Part shown: piece after piece, positions 1 to 8,202 of the stretch
How the letters are laid out: the number at the start of each line of letters is the position of its first letter
How positions within the stretch are numbered: position 1 is the stretch's first letter
NCBI RefSeq assembly: GCF_005696695.1
Contig: NZ_CP040006.1
Location: 1,050,001 to 1,082,000 of the forward strand
Source of the DNA: Schaalia odontolytica
GTDB taxonomy: Bacteria; Actinomycetota; Actinomycetes; Actinomycetales; Actinomycetaceae
Direction: 5' to 3'
DNA: 32,000 nt
Notes under the pieces: model-generated
Databases searched by the model: none
Seen by the model: the letters and a program-made list of their open reading frames with translations, nothing else
What the model was told of the DNA's origin: nothing
Position numbers and translations under genes: made by a program

Positions 1-1
1 C

Positions 2-859
2 CTGAACCTGATTCGCGCCTTCACGAAGGGCGGCTACGCCGACCTGCGCCAGGTGCACCGCTGGAATCAGGGTTTCATGTCGAACCCTGCCTACGCGCGC
101 TACGAGTCGCTGGCAGAAGACATCCACCGGGCGATCAAGTTCATGGGTGCCGCGGGCGTCGACTTCGAGACGCTGCGCGACGTGGACCTGTTCTCGTCGC
201 ACGAGGCGCTGCTGCTCGAGTACGAGTCGGCGATGACGCGCATTGATTCGCGGACGGGCGAGCCCTACAACACGTCTGCCCACTTCCTGTGGGCGGGGGA
301 GAGAACGCGCGAGGAGGAGGGCGCTCACATCGAGCTGCTGTCGCGTGTTCGCAACCCGATTGGGGTGAAGCTCGGCCCGTCGACCACGCCGGATCAGATG
401 CTCTCGCTCATCGATCGCCTCAACCCGGATGGTGAGGAGGGGCGCCTGTCGTTCATTACTCGCATGGGCGCCGGTCGCATCCGCGAGGCGCTTCCGCCGC
501 TGCTGGAAGCCGCGCGTGAGGACGGTCGTCCGCTCACGTGGATGACGGATCCGATGCACGGCAACACGATCACGTCGTCGACCGGCTACAAGACGCGTCG
601 CTTTGAGACGGTCATGGACGAGGTGCGTGGCTTCTTCGAAGCACACGAGGCCGCGGGAACTGTCCCGGGTGGCTTGCACGTCGAGCTGACCGGTGACGAT
701 GTCACCGAGGTGATCGGCGGTAGTGAGCACATCGATGACGAGTCGTTGCGCGACCGTTACGAGACGCTTGTGGATCCACGCCTGAACCACCAGCAGAGTC
801 TGGAGATGGCTTTCCAGGTCGCCCAGTACCTGGCGAAGGGGTCCTCCCACGAGGAGTGA
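2..859 (+). CDS. aroG: 3-deoxy-7-phosphoheptulonate (DAHP) synthase, class II; 5' end lies outside the window
   Basis: The frame is open from base 2 (LNLIRAFTKGGYADLRQVHRWNQGF...). Class II DAHP synthase hallmarks are present: FLWAGERTR, IGVKLGP, WMTDPMHGNT. Stop at 857-859. Adjacent to a pknL-like kinase, as in M. tuberculosis Rv2178c/Rv2176. Confidence 0.9.
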   Translation: MNLIRAFTKGGYADLRQVHRWNQGFMSNPAYARYESLAEDIHRAIKFMGAAGVDFETLRDVDLFSSHEALLLEYESAMTRIDSRTGEPYNTSAHFLWAGERTREEEGAHIELLSRVRNPIGVKLGPSTTPDQMLSLIDRLNPDGEEGRLSFITRMGAGRIREALPPLLEAAREDGRPLTWMTDPMHGNTITSSTGYKTRRFETVMDEVRGFFEAHEAAGTVPGGLHVELTGDDVTEVIGGSEHIDDESLRDRYETLVDPRLNHQQSLEMAFQVAQYLAKGSSHEE

Positions 860-869
860 GTTCACCGCA

Positions 870-920
870 CATAAGTATCCCCGGCCTCGTCTGTCATGGA
901 CGAGGCCGGGGATACTTATG
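870..920. terminator. Bidirectional terminator hairpin between convergent aroG and the kinase gene
   Basis: Perfect 22-bp inverted repeat: CATAAGTATCCCCGGCCTCGTC (870-891), a 7-nt loop, then GACGAGGCCGGGGATACTTATG (899-920). It sits between the stop codons at 859 (+) and 944 (-). Confidence 0.7.
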
Positions 921-943
921 ACGGGCGAGTGTCTCGGCCGTGC

Positions 944-2887
944 TCAGACGATCGTGATCGTGACGACGCTGCCCTTTTTCAGCAGTGTTCCGGCGGCGGG
1001 ATCGGTCTGTCGGACGGTTCCGAAGAAGCCGCCGAGGATTGCCTCCTCCTGCACGGTGAAGCCGGCTGCCTCGAGGGCGGCGCGAGCATCCTGGCGCTGT
1101 CGGCCGACGACGTCGGGCACCGCGACCTTCTCGGGTCCCTTCGATACCGTGTAAGCGACGGTGTCGCCACGGTGCAGGATCGTGCCCTCATTGGTCTGCT
1201 GCGAGATGACCTGGCCTTCGGCGACGGTGTCGGAGAAGGCCTCCGTTGGCACCGCGACGAGGCCAAGTCCCTCGATGGCGCTCTTCGCAGCATCAGCGCT
1301 CATCCCGTTCAGCGACGGCACGGTGAGGGGCTCGCGGCCCTTCGACAGCACCACGTCGACGGCGCTGTCGTGCGCCAGCTGTGAACCAGATGCCTGGGAC
1401 TGCGAGATGACCTGGCCCTGCGGGACGTCCTCGGAGTATGCGTCGGTGATGGCCCCCAGTGCGAGGCCGGCCTCCGTGAATGCCTTGCGTGCGTCCTCCT
1501 GATTCTTACCAACGACGTCAGGGACCGTCTTCATGTCCACGCCCTTGGAGACGTGGAGTTGGACCTCGGCGCGTTTGTGGACGGGCTCGCCGCCTTCCGG
1601 ATCGGAGCGAGTGATCGAACCGGCGGCGACGTCGTCAGAGAACTCCTCCTCAACGGAAGAAGCAAGTCCCATCGCGTTCAGCTCAGCCTGAACATCCGCG
1701 AGGGGGCGACCATCCGTCGCGGGCATGGTCAGGTAGGAGCCTGGGCCGTATTCGGTCCACCACCAGCGTCCACCAACGACTGCGGCGGCGAGGAGCAGAA
1801 CGACGAGGGTAGCCCACAGGGCGGCGCGCTTGTACGTTTTGGTGCCGCCGTTCTCCGAAGCATTGGGAAGCGGGGCCGACGTGTGGACAGTGGCGACCGT
1901 CGATGGCGCCGGGAGGGGCAGAGGCCTCGTGAACTGAGCCGAGATCAGCTCGGTGTTGAGCGCGCTCGTTTCCGAGGCGCCCGCCCGGTCAGCCGGCGCG
2001 ATGTCCGCGCGGTGGTTGGCCAGCTCCGACGGAATGGCGGCAGCAGCGCGAGTGACGAGGTCGATCGCGTCCGATGCGTCGGCGGGGCGCGAGGCGGGGT
2101 CGCGGGCGGTCAGGGCGGCGACGAGATCGTCAATCTCTCGTGGAATCCACGGCTGGGCCTCCGACGGGCTGGGTACGTCGTCGGAGACGTGATGCGTCGC
2201 GATCTGCAAAGGTGACTCACCCGCCCACGGAACGGAGCCCGTCAGCATTTCGTAGAGCATGATGCCGACCGAATAAATGTCCGAGCGCGCGTCGGCCTGC
2301 CCGGTCGTTGCAATCTCAGGGGCGATGTACGCAACCGTGCCGAGCATGTTGCCCGTCGAAGACATGGAGACTTCGGAGGCAGCTCGTGCCAGCCCAAAGT
2401 CGGTCACCTTCGCAGGACCGTCGGTCGGAACGAGAATGTTCTCGGGCTTGACGTCGCGGTGAATAACGCCGACGCGGTGGGCTGCGCGCAGCGCCTCAAG
2501 AATGTCAGTCGTGTAGCGCAGAGCCTGCGGGATCGTGAAGGCACCCTGCGCGCGCAGAAGCTGGCGTAGGTTCGTGCCGTCGATGAGTTCCATGACGAGG
2601 AACCCCTGGCCCGTCACCACGCCCTGGTCAAACACGGAGACGACGCCGGGATGAACGATGCGCGCGGCGGAGCGCGCCTCGCGACGGAAACGTGCGACGA
2701 AATCCTCGGAGTCCGCCAGGTGCGGGTGCATGACCTTGAGCGCGACGGGGCGATCAAGGCGTTCATCCTGCGCGATGTAGACGGTGGCCATGCCGCCACG
2801 CGCCAGCCTGCGCGTCACCCGGTACCGTTCGTCGACGAGGAGGCCGATCAACGGGTCCGTCTGGTCGAATGTCTGTTCATCGCTCAC
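944..2887 (-). CDS. Ser/Thr protein kinase with one TM segment and four C-terminal PASTA domains (PknB/PknL family; synteny suggests the PknL orthologue)
   Basis: 647-aa ORF with a GTG start. Hanks kinase motifs: GGMATVY, ALKVM, HRDVKPENIL, DFGLA, APE. A TM helix (ALWATLVVLLLAAAVVGG) is followed by four ~65-aa repeats ending in SKG, which are PASTA-like. Confidence 0.9.
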   Translation of the reverse strand: MSDEQTFDQTDPLIGLLVDERYRVTRRLARGGMATVYIAQDERLDRPVALKVMHPHLADSEDFVARFRREARSAARIVHPGVVSVFDQGVVTGQGFLVMELIDGTNLRQLLRAQGAFTIPQALRYTTDILEALRAAHRVGVIHRDVKPENILVPTDGPAKVTDFGLARAASEVSMSSTGNMLGTVAYIAPEIATTGQADARSDIYSVGIMLYEMLTGSVPWAGESPLQIATHHVSDDVPSPSEAQPWIPREIDDLVAALTARDPASRPADASDAIDLVTRAAAAIPSELANHRADIAPADRAGASETSALNTELISAQFTRPLPLPAPSTVATVHTSAPLPNASENGGTKTYKRAALWATLVVLLLAAAVVGGRWWWTEYGPGSYLTMPATDGRPLADVQAELNAMGLASSVEEEFSDDVAAGSITRSDPEGGEPVHKRAEVQLHVSKGVDMKTVPDVVGKNQEDARKAFTEAGLALGAITDAYSEDVPQGQVISQSQASGSQLAHDSAVDVVLSKGREPLTVPSLNGMSADAAKSAIEGLGLVAVPTEAFSDTVAEGQVISQQTNEGTILHRGDTVAYTVSKGPEKVAVPDVVGRQRQDARAALEAAGFTVQEEAILGGFFGTVRQTDPAAGTLLKKGSVVTITIV

Positions 2888-2970
2888 TTGCTCGATTCTA
2901 TGGGAGTTTTCGCAAAATCATTGGAAGTGCCCACGTCGGTGCGGCGCATGAATGGGGTAGTCTTGCGCTC

Positions 2971-3324
2971 ATGACCAGTGTTGATATCACCGTGCTCTCC
3001 ACCGACGAGGTCTGCCGTCTCCTCGGCATCGAGGAACGCCGCCTCAAGCAGCTGATCCGCGATCGTGTGCTCATCGAAGCGCGCGACGCCAGCGGGGCGC
3101 GCGGCGTCCCGCAGGAGGTGATCGTCAAGGGCGACAATGGCTGGGAGCCACTGCCGTTCCTGCAGGGCACACTGACCCTGCTTGCTGATGACGGCTTCAC
3201 GGCGGAGGAAGCAGCGGCGTGGCTGTACACCGTGCAGGAGGAGCTGGGCGAGCGCCCGATCGATGCGCTCACGTTGGGCCGTCATCACCGAGTGAATCGA
3301 ATCGCCTCGACGCTGGCCTTCTGA
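2971..3324 (+). CDS. Rv2175c-like helix-turn-helix DNA-binding protein, divergent from the kinase
   Basis: MTSVDITVLSTDEVCRLLGIEERRLKQLIRDRVLI is an HTH. The C-terminus (LQGTLTLLADDGFTAEEAAAWLYT...RPIDALTLGRHHRVNRIASTLAF) resembles my recollection of Rv2175c (LPGLLTILHDGGYRDTEIMRWLFT...RPVDALHAHQAREVVRRAQAMAY). I chose the ATG at 2971; the track ORF begins at 2869. Confidence 0.75.
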   Translation: MTSVDITVLSTDEVCRLLGIEERRLKQLIRDRVLIEARDASGARGVPQEVIVKGDNGWEPLPFLQGTLTLLADDGFTAEEAAAWLYTVQEELGERPIDALTLGRHHRVNRIASTLAF

Positions 3325-3339
3325 GGCTAGCCCTTCTTT

Positions 3340-4443
3340 TCAGGCCCGCCTGGCGGTCAGGATCGAGCACAGTTCGCGCAGCATGGCGCGAGCATCCTCG
3401 TCGAAGGTGCTGGCCTCAAGAGCGGCATCTCCGTCGGCGACTAGCCGTGCAATCTCGGCCTCGTGCGCGGCGCGCCCGTTGCGCTCCACGATCTCGGTAG
3501 CAGTCGCAATCTGCTCTGCCGAGGCCTCGGCCACCCCGAGGACGTCGGTGAGAGCGCGCCGCTCGGCGGGGGAGGAGGCCTCCCACGTCAGCGCCAGGAG
3601 CGCAGTGCGCTTTCCTTCGCGCAAGTCGTCGCCGGCCGGCTTGCCCGTGACTGCCGGGTCTCCGAAGACTCCGAGATCATCGTCGCGCAGCTGGAAAGCC
3701 AGGCCCCACGGGGTCAGAATCGTCTCGAGAACATCGAGCAGGTCGGCGACGTGATCGAACGATGAAGCTCCGCAAATCGCGCCGAGGAGCGCCGGGTGGA
3801 CGACCGAGTAGTGGGCCGACTTGTGCAATGCCACCTCGAGCGAGTCGCTTGTGCTGAGTGCATCGGTGCGCTCAGGATCGAGCGGTGTTTGTTCGGCGGT
3901 AATGTCGAGGTACTGGCCCAGCGCAACCTCCGCGTGCATATCGGCAAACCGGTGCGAAAAAGCACGTGCGCAGTCCTCACGCAGTGTCAGAGCCTGTTCG
4001 CCTGCGGCAGCCGTTGCCGCCGAAAAGAGGAAGTCGCCGACCAAAATAGCGCCATGTCGACCGAAGTCCGTCGACGATCCGATCCACGACTGCGTGGCGT
4101 GGTAATCCGCGAGCGTGCGGTGAGGGGTGGGCATACCGCGTCGTTCGTCGGCCTTGTCGATGATGTCGTCGTGGACGAGGGCGCTGGCCTGATAGAGCTC
4201 CAGTGCCGCGCTGAGATGGGGGAGTGAGACTTCCTCGATGGAAGTTCCGGAACTGAGCGCGTAGCCCACGTGAGCCATGAGGGCGCGGAAACGCTTCCCT
4301 CCGGATACGGAGGCGAGGACCGCACGAGAGAACTCCTCGGATCGGCCGGAAGCTCCTGTGCGGGCGAGGAGATGTGCGAGGCTGGTGGCCGTCGCCTGGT
4401 CGATTGATGGACGCAGCGTTGCGAAACTGTCGCTCAGAGTCAT
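3340..4443 (-). CDS. Polyprenyl diphosphate synthase (geranylgeranyl diphosphate synthase family, IdsA-like)
   Basis: 367-aa ORF. First aspartate-rich motif [15 protein letters not shown] and second motif [13 protein letters not shown]. Position matches Rv2173 (idsA2) synteny. Confidence 0.85.
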   Translation of the reverse strand: MTLSDSFATLRPSIDQATATSLAHLLARTGASGRSEEFSRAVLASVSGGKRFRALMAHVGYALSSGTSIEEVSLPHLSAALELYQASALVHDDIIDKADERRGMPTPHRTLADYHATQSWIGSSTDFGRHGAILVGDFLFSAATAAAGEQALTLREDCARAFSHRFADMHAEVALGQYLDITAEQTPLDPERTDALSTSDSLEVALHKSAHYSVVHPALLGAICGASSFDHVADLLDVLETILTPWGLAFQLRDDDLGVFGDPAVTGKPAGDDLREGKRTALLALTWEASSPAERRALTDVLGVAEASAEQIATATEIVERNGRAAHEAEIARLVADGDAALEASTFDEDARAMLRELCSILTARRA

Positions 4444-4604
4444 ACGCCCACTCTAACCGAGGTTCGAGTTCGTGCGTGAGCCCAAGGCGGGGGATCCTCA
4501 CACCTACCGTCAGGAAAACTAAACGGCAAGGCACTAGACTTGGCGCTGGTATGCCGATTTGCAATCGGCTCCGTTGTGCATGCCCATCAATGAAAGGGAC
4601 CCGT

Positions 4605-6275
4605 GTGAGTGCATCTCGCGCTTCGGCAAAGGACTCCGCGACGACTGAGGAAACCACGGAGGTGAAGACCCCCGCGAAGAAGACCACGCGCGCCAAGAAG
4701 GCTGCCGCCACGGTCGACGCGGCGAGCGCCCCCGCCGAGGAGAAGAAGTCTGCCGCGAAGAAGGCCCCGGCGAAGAAGGCTCCCGCGAAGAAGGCTACTG
4801 ACGCTGCAGATGCCGAGCCGAAGGCTTCGGCAAAGAAGGCAACTGCCAAGAAGACCACGAAGAAGGCCGCCGACGCCGCAGAGGCCGAGCCGAAGGCTCC
4901 TGCGAAGAAGGCGACTGCCAAGAAGACGGCGAAGAAGGCCGCTGACGCTGCAGAGGCCGCCGAGAAGGCCCCCACGAAGAAGACGGCTGCTAAGAAGACG
5001 GCGAAGAAGGCCACCGTCGCTTCCGAAGAGAAGACGACGAAGAAGCCTGCTGCGAAGAAGACGCGCGGTCGCAAGAAGAAGGAAGAAGAGATCGTCGAGG
5101 AGGCCGTCGAAGAGCTCGTTGACACCGTCGACGAGGACTTTGAGCCGACTGGCGAGGATCTCGAGGACCCCGAACTCGATACTGAGACCGTCGACGAAGA
5201 CGAGGTCGACGCAGAGGACGAAGCGGAGGACGAGGATCCGAAGCTCGCTGAGGGCGCCGCACTCCGTGAACGCACGAACGACGGTATCCACGTCAAGGGA
5301 GGCTTCGTCGTCTCCGATTCCGACGAGACCGACGAACCCGTCCAGCAGGTGACGGTCGCCGGTGCAACCGCCGACCCGGTGAAGGACTACCTCAAGCAGA
5401 TCGGTAAGGTCTCGCTGCTGAACGCCGAGCAGGAAGTGGACCTCGCCCGCCGTATCGAAGCCGGCCTCTACGCCGAGTACAAGCTCAAGAACCAGGCCGA
5501 TGAGATGACCAGCCGCGAGCGTCGTGAGCTGCACTTCCTTGCACAGGATGGTCAACAGGCGAAGAACCACCTGCTCGAGGCGAACCTCCGCCTCGTCGTG
5601 TCGCTGGCCAAGCGCTATACCGGCCGCGGTATGCAGTTCCTGGACCTGATTCAGGAAGGCAACCTGGGCCTTATCCGCGCTGTTGAAAAGTTCGATTACA
5701 CGAAGGGCTACAAGTTCTCCACCTACGCCACCTGGTGGATTCGTCAGGCAATTACCCGCGCGATGGCGGACCAGGCTCGCACGATTCGCATCCCCGTGCA
5801 CATGGTCGAGGTCATCAACAAGCTTGCGCGCGTCCAGCGCCAGATGCTCCAGGACCTGGGTCGCGAACCCACTCCCGAGGAACTGGCGAAGGAACTCGAC
5901 ATGACCGCCGAGAAGGTCGTCGAAGTTCAGAAGTACGGTCGCGAGCCGATTTCGCTGCATACGCCTCTCGGCGAGGACGGCGACTCCGAGTTCGGTGACC
6001 TCATCGAGGACTCTGAGGCCATCGTGCCCGCGGACGCCGTGTCCTTCACCCTGCTGCAGGAACAGCTCCACCACGTCCTGGACACGCTGTCCGAGCGTGA
6101 AGCCGGCGTTGTGTCGATGCGCTTCGGCCTGGGCGACGGTCAGCCGAAGACTCTCGATGAGATCGGCAAGGTCTACGGCGTGACGCGCGAGCGTATCCGT
6201 CAGATTGAGTCCAAGACCATGTCGAAGCTGCGCCACCCCTCGCGTTCGCAGGTGCTGCGCGACTACCTCGACTGA
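4605..6275 (+). CDS. sigA: Principal RNA polymerase sigma-70 factor (SigA/HrdB/RpoD type) with a Lys/Ala-rich N-terminal extension
   Basis: Regions 2-4 are unmistakable: [43 protein letters not shown] and [33 protein letters not shown] at 4605 has AAAGGGA 5 nt upstream. An in-frame ATG at 4590 is an alternative start. Confidence 0.93.
   Translation: MSASRASAKDSATTEETTEVKTPAKKTTRAKKAAATVDAASAPAEEKKSAAKKAPAKKAPAKKATDAADAEPKASAKKATAKKTTKKAADAAEAEPKAPAKKATAKKTAKKAADAAEAAEKAPTKKTAAKKTAKKATVASEEKTTKKPAAKKTRGRKKKEEEIVEEAVEELVDTVDEDFEPTGEDLEDPELDTETVDEDEVDAEDEAEDEDPKLAEGAALRERTNDGIHVKGGFVVSDSDETDEPVQQVTVAGATADPVKDYLKQIGKVSLLNAEQEVDLARRIEAGLYAEYKLKNQADEMTSRERRELHFLAQDGQQAKNHLLEANLRLVVSLAKRYTGRGMQFLDLIQEGNLGLIRAVEKFDYTKGYKFSTYATWWIRQAITRAMADQARTIRIPVHMVEVINKLARVQRQMLQDLGREPTPEELAKELDMTAEKVVEVQKYGREPISLHTPLGEDGDSEFGDLIEDSEAIVPADAVSFTLLQEQLHHVLDTLSEREAGVVSMRFGLGDGQPKTLDEIGKVYGVTRERIRQIESKTMSKLRHPSRSQVLRDYLD
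4800..5015 (+). repeat. Three in-frame 72-bp tandem repeats inside sigA, each encoding a 24-aa D-A-A-[DE][20 protein letters not shown] unit
   Basis: Units start with GAC at 4800, 4872 and 4944. Translations: [24 protein letters not shown] / [24 protein letters not shown] / [24 protein letters not shown]. Confidence 0.8.
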
Positions 6276-6293
6276 CGCGCTATCGACACGTTC

Positions 6294-6323
6294 GAGGGCC
6301 GGGAACAAACGTTCCCGGCCCTC
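6294..6323 (+). terminator. Hairpin terminator downstream of sigA
   Basis: Perfect 13-bp stem: GAGGGCCGGGAAC (6294-6306), AAAC loop, GTTCCCGGCCCTC (6311-6323). It begins 19 nt after the sigA stop. There is no U-tract, which is common in Actinobacteria. Confidence 0.7.
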
Positions 6324-6401
6324 GTGACAACATCGTCACAATGCGTGCATGTGCGGGTGGCATCGTCGCGCATTGAGGTTTTCGTAAGGCAGGATGATCA
6401 C

Positions 6402-6800
6402 ATGCTTGAGGGTGCATTGATTCTCGTTTTGACCGTCGTCCTGGTACTCGTCGTCGCTGGCGGCGTCGTCGCTGTCCTGGCGCTGTCGCGCCGTAGCGCG
6501 GACGAGTGGAAGGGTGTCATCAAGCGAGAGAGCGAAGAAATCGCCGACGAGGTGAAGACCCATCACTCGCTACCCAAGCGTGCCTCCTCCTCACCCGACG
6601 GACCCGTGGTTCCGCGTACGGCGTCCCTGCAGTCGCTCCTGCAAAGCGGCGACTCGAAGAGCGCCTACTTCGACGCTGACCGCCTACCCGGCATCGACCG
6701 CCTCGAAACGGTGACCGACCGCGTGAGCGTGCGCTTTGACCGTGGCCGTCGGAGCGCTGACGAAGGCGGCGAGTCCGTGCAGGAGTCAACGCAGTCATAA
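6402..6800 (+). CDS. Hypothetical small membrane-anchored protein (N-terminal TM helix, charged or disordered tail)
   Basis: ATG at 6402 is preceded by AAGGCAGGA. MLEGALILVLTVVLVLVVAGGVVAVLALS is a clear TM helix. Third codon positions are G/C-rich, as in neighbouring genes. I recognise no family. Confidence 0.5.
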   Translation: MLEGALILVLTVVLVLVVAGGVVAVLALSRRSADEWKGVIKRESEEIADEVKTHHSLPKRASSSPDGPVVPRTASLQSLLQSGDSKSAYFDADRLPGIDRLETVTDRVSVRFDRGRRSADEGGESVQESTQS

Positions 6801-6858
6801 GGCAGTGATGCCGCACTCAGGTTTTCTGCCTGGAGCGTCCATAGGGGATAATGACCCT

Positions 6859-8100
6859 ATGGACGCTTTTATTTCCACCCTCCAATCGCCGTGGGCAGTC
6901 GTTATCGCCCTGGCGGTCGCCGTGCTTATCGGCGTCGTTATTCGTCTCGTCGTGAGTTCGCGTCGCCGTTCCTCGCAGGACGTGACCCCTCAGCCGCAGG
7001 CTCAGGCTCCCGTCGAGGCTCGTCCCGATTCGCCTACCGAGGCATCGCTTGATACCGCGGACCAGCCTCGAGCGGGTCCGGCAGATGAGCTTGAGGCCAC
7101 CCCCGAGCGCAGCCCTGAGGCTCCCGCAACCCCGGCCTCGTCCATCGAGCGCCCCGAACCCGTGCGCGGCCGCATGGAGCGCCTGCGCGAACGCCTCGCG
7201 TCTTCCGGCTCGCTCGGACGTGCGATCCTCGGCGTTCTCAGCCGCGGCCAGCTCGGTGCCGCCGACTGGGAGGAGATCGAGGAGTCTCTCCTCATCGCTG
7301 ACCTTGGCCTGGAGGCCACTGACACGCTGATGGAAGCCCTCAAGCGTCGCGTCGCGGTCGAGTCCGTGACTGACGAAGCGCGCATCCGTGAGATCCTTCG
7401 CGAGGAGCTCCTGGCCCTCGTCGATCCCTCCATGGATCGCTCTCTCAACCTCGAGCGCCCCGAGGTCGACGGCTCCGTCAAACCCGCGGTTGTCCTGATG
7501 GTCGGTGTGAACGGCACCGGAAAGACCACGACCGTTGGCAAGCTCGCGCGCATCCTCGTCGCGGAAGACAAGTCCGTGATCCTGGGTGCCGCCGACACCT
7601 TCCGTGCGGCCGCCGCCGATCAGCTGGCGACGTGGGGCGAGCGAGTCGGTGTCGATGTCGTGCGCAGCGACCGCGAGGGCGCAGACCCGGCCTCTGTTGC
7701 TTTCGAAGCCGTGCGCGAAGGCGTCGAGCGTGACGTCGACGTTGTTCTCGTCGACACCGCGGGACGCCTGCAGAACAAGTCCACGCTGATGGACGAGCTC
7801 GGCAAGATCAAGCGCGTCATGACCAAGCAGGCCCCGGTCTCCGAGGTCCTTCTGGTGCTCGACGCAACCACCGGCCAGAACGGCATGAAGCAGGCCGAGG
7901 TCTTCGCGGAAGCTACCGGCGTGACCGGCATCGTTCTGACGAAGCTCGACGGTTCCGCCAAGGGTGGTATCGTCGTCTCCGTCCAGCGTGCGCTGGGCGT
8001 TCCCGTCAAGTTCGTCGGCCTCGGCGAGGGGGCCGACGATCTGGCTCCCTTCGATCCGCAGGGCTTCGTTGACGCGATCGTGGGTTCCGCGCAGGGCTGA
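6859..8100 (+). CDS. ftsY: Signal recognition particle receptor FtsY
   Basis: N-terminal TM helix plus an acidic/Pro-rich region, then an NG domain: GVNGTGKTTTVGKLA, DTAGRLQNK, TKLDGSAKGG. I chose the ATG at 6859 (MDAFISTLQSPW...); the track ORF begins at 6736. Confidence 0.9.
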   Translation: MDAFISTLQSPWAVVIALAVAVLIGVVIRLVVSSRRRSSQDVTPQPQAQAPVEARPDSPTEASLDTADQPRAGPADELEATPERSPEAPATPASSIERPEPVRGRMERLRERLASSGSLGRAILGVLSRGQLGAADWEEIEESLLIADLGLEATDTLMEALKRRVAVESVTDEARIREILREELLALVDPSMDRSLNLERPEVDGSVKPAVVLMVGVNGTGKTTTVGKLARILVAEDKSVILGAADTFRAAAADQLATWGERVGVDVVRSDREGADPASVAFEAVREGVERDVDVVLVDTAGRLQNKSTLMDELGKIKRVMTKQAPVSEVLLVLDATTGQNGMKQAEVFAEATGVTGIVLTKLDGSAKGGIVVSVQRALGVPVKFVGLGEGADDLAPFDPQGFVDAIVGSAQG

Positions 8101-8120
8101 ACCCCGCCACCATGACGCGT

Positions 8121-8157
8121 ACCTCGGCCCCGGTGAGACGACTCCCGGGGCCGAGGT
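8121..8157 (+). terminator. Hairpin between ftsY and ffh (possible terminator or attenuator)
   Basis: 13-bp perfect stem ACCTCGGCCCCGG (8121-8133) / CCGGGGCCGAGGT (8145-8157) with an 11-nt loop. No U-tract. Confidence 0.45.
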
Positions 8158-8202
8158 GCGCTAACCTGTGCCTAGTACAGCCGCCATCTTGGGAGTAAAC
8201 AC

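Noticed and set aside
879-891. 13-mer CCCCGGCCTCGTC shared between the aroG terminator stem (879-891) and the rpsB/M23 intergenic region (21093-21105)
   Set aside because: For GC-rich 13-mers in a 32-kb window of this composition, dozens of chance repeats are expected by my rough estimate. The flanks show no further similarity.
4461-4469. GGTTCGAGT, a tRNA T-arm-like sequence in the idsA/sigA intergenic region
   Set aside because: The flanking sequence cannot form an acceptor stem, D-arm or anticodon arm. This is an isolated chance match.
3977-6308. Minus-strand ORFs of 439 aa (3977-5296) and 573 aa (4587-6308), plus a +2-frame 180-aa Arg-rich ORF, all overlapping sigA
   Set aside because: They are low-complexity translations (poly-S/A/F or poly-R/L) that mirror the Lys/Ala repeat and the conserved sigma-70 coding frame. 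I see no independent coding evidence.
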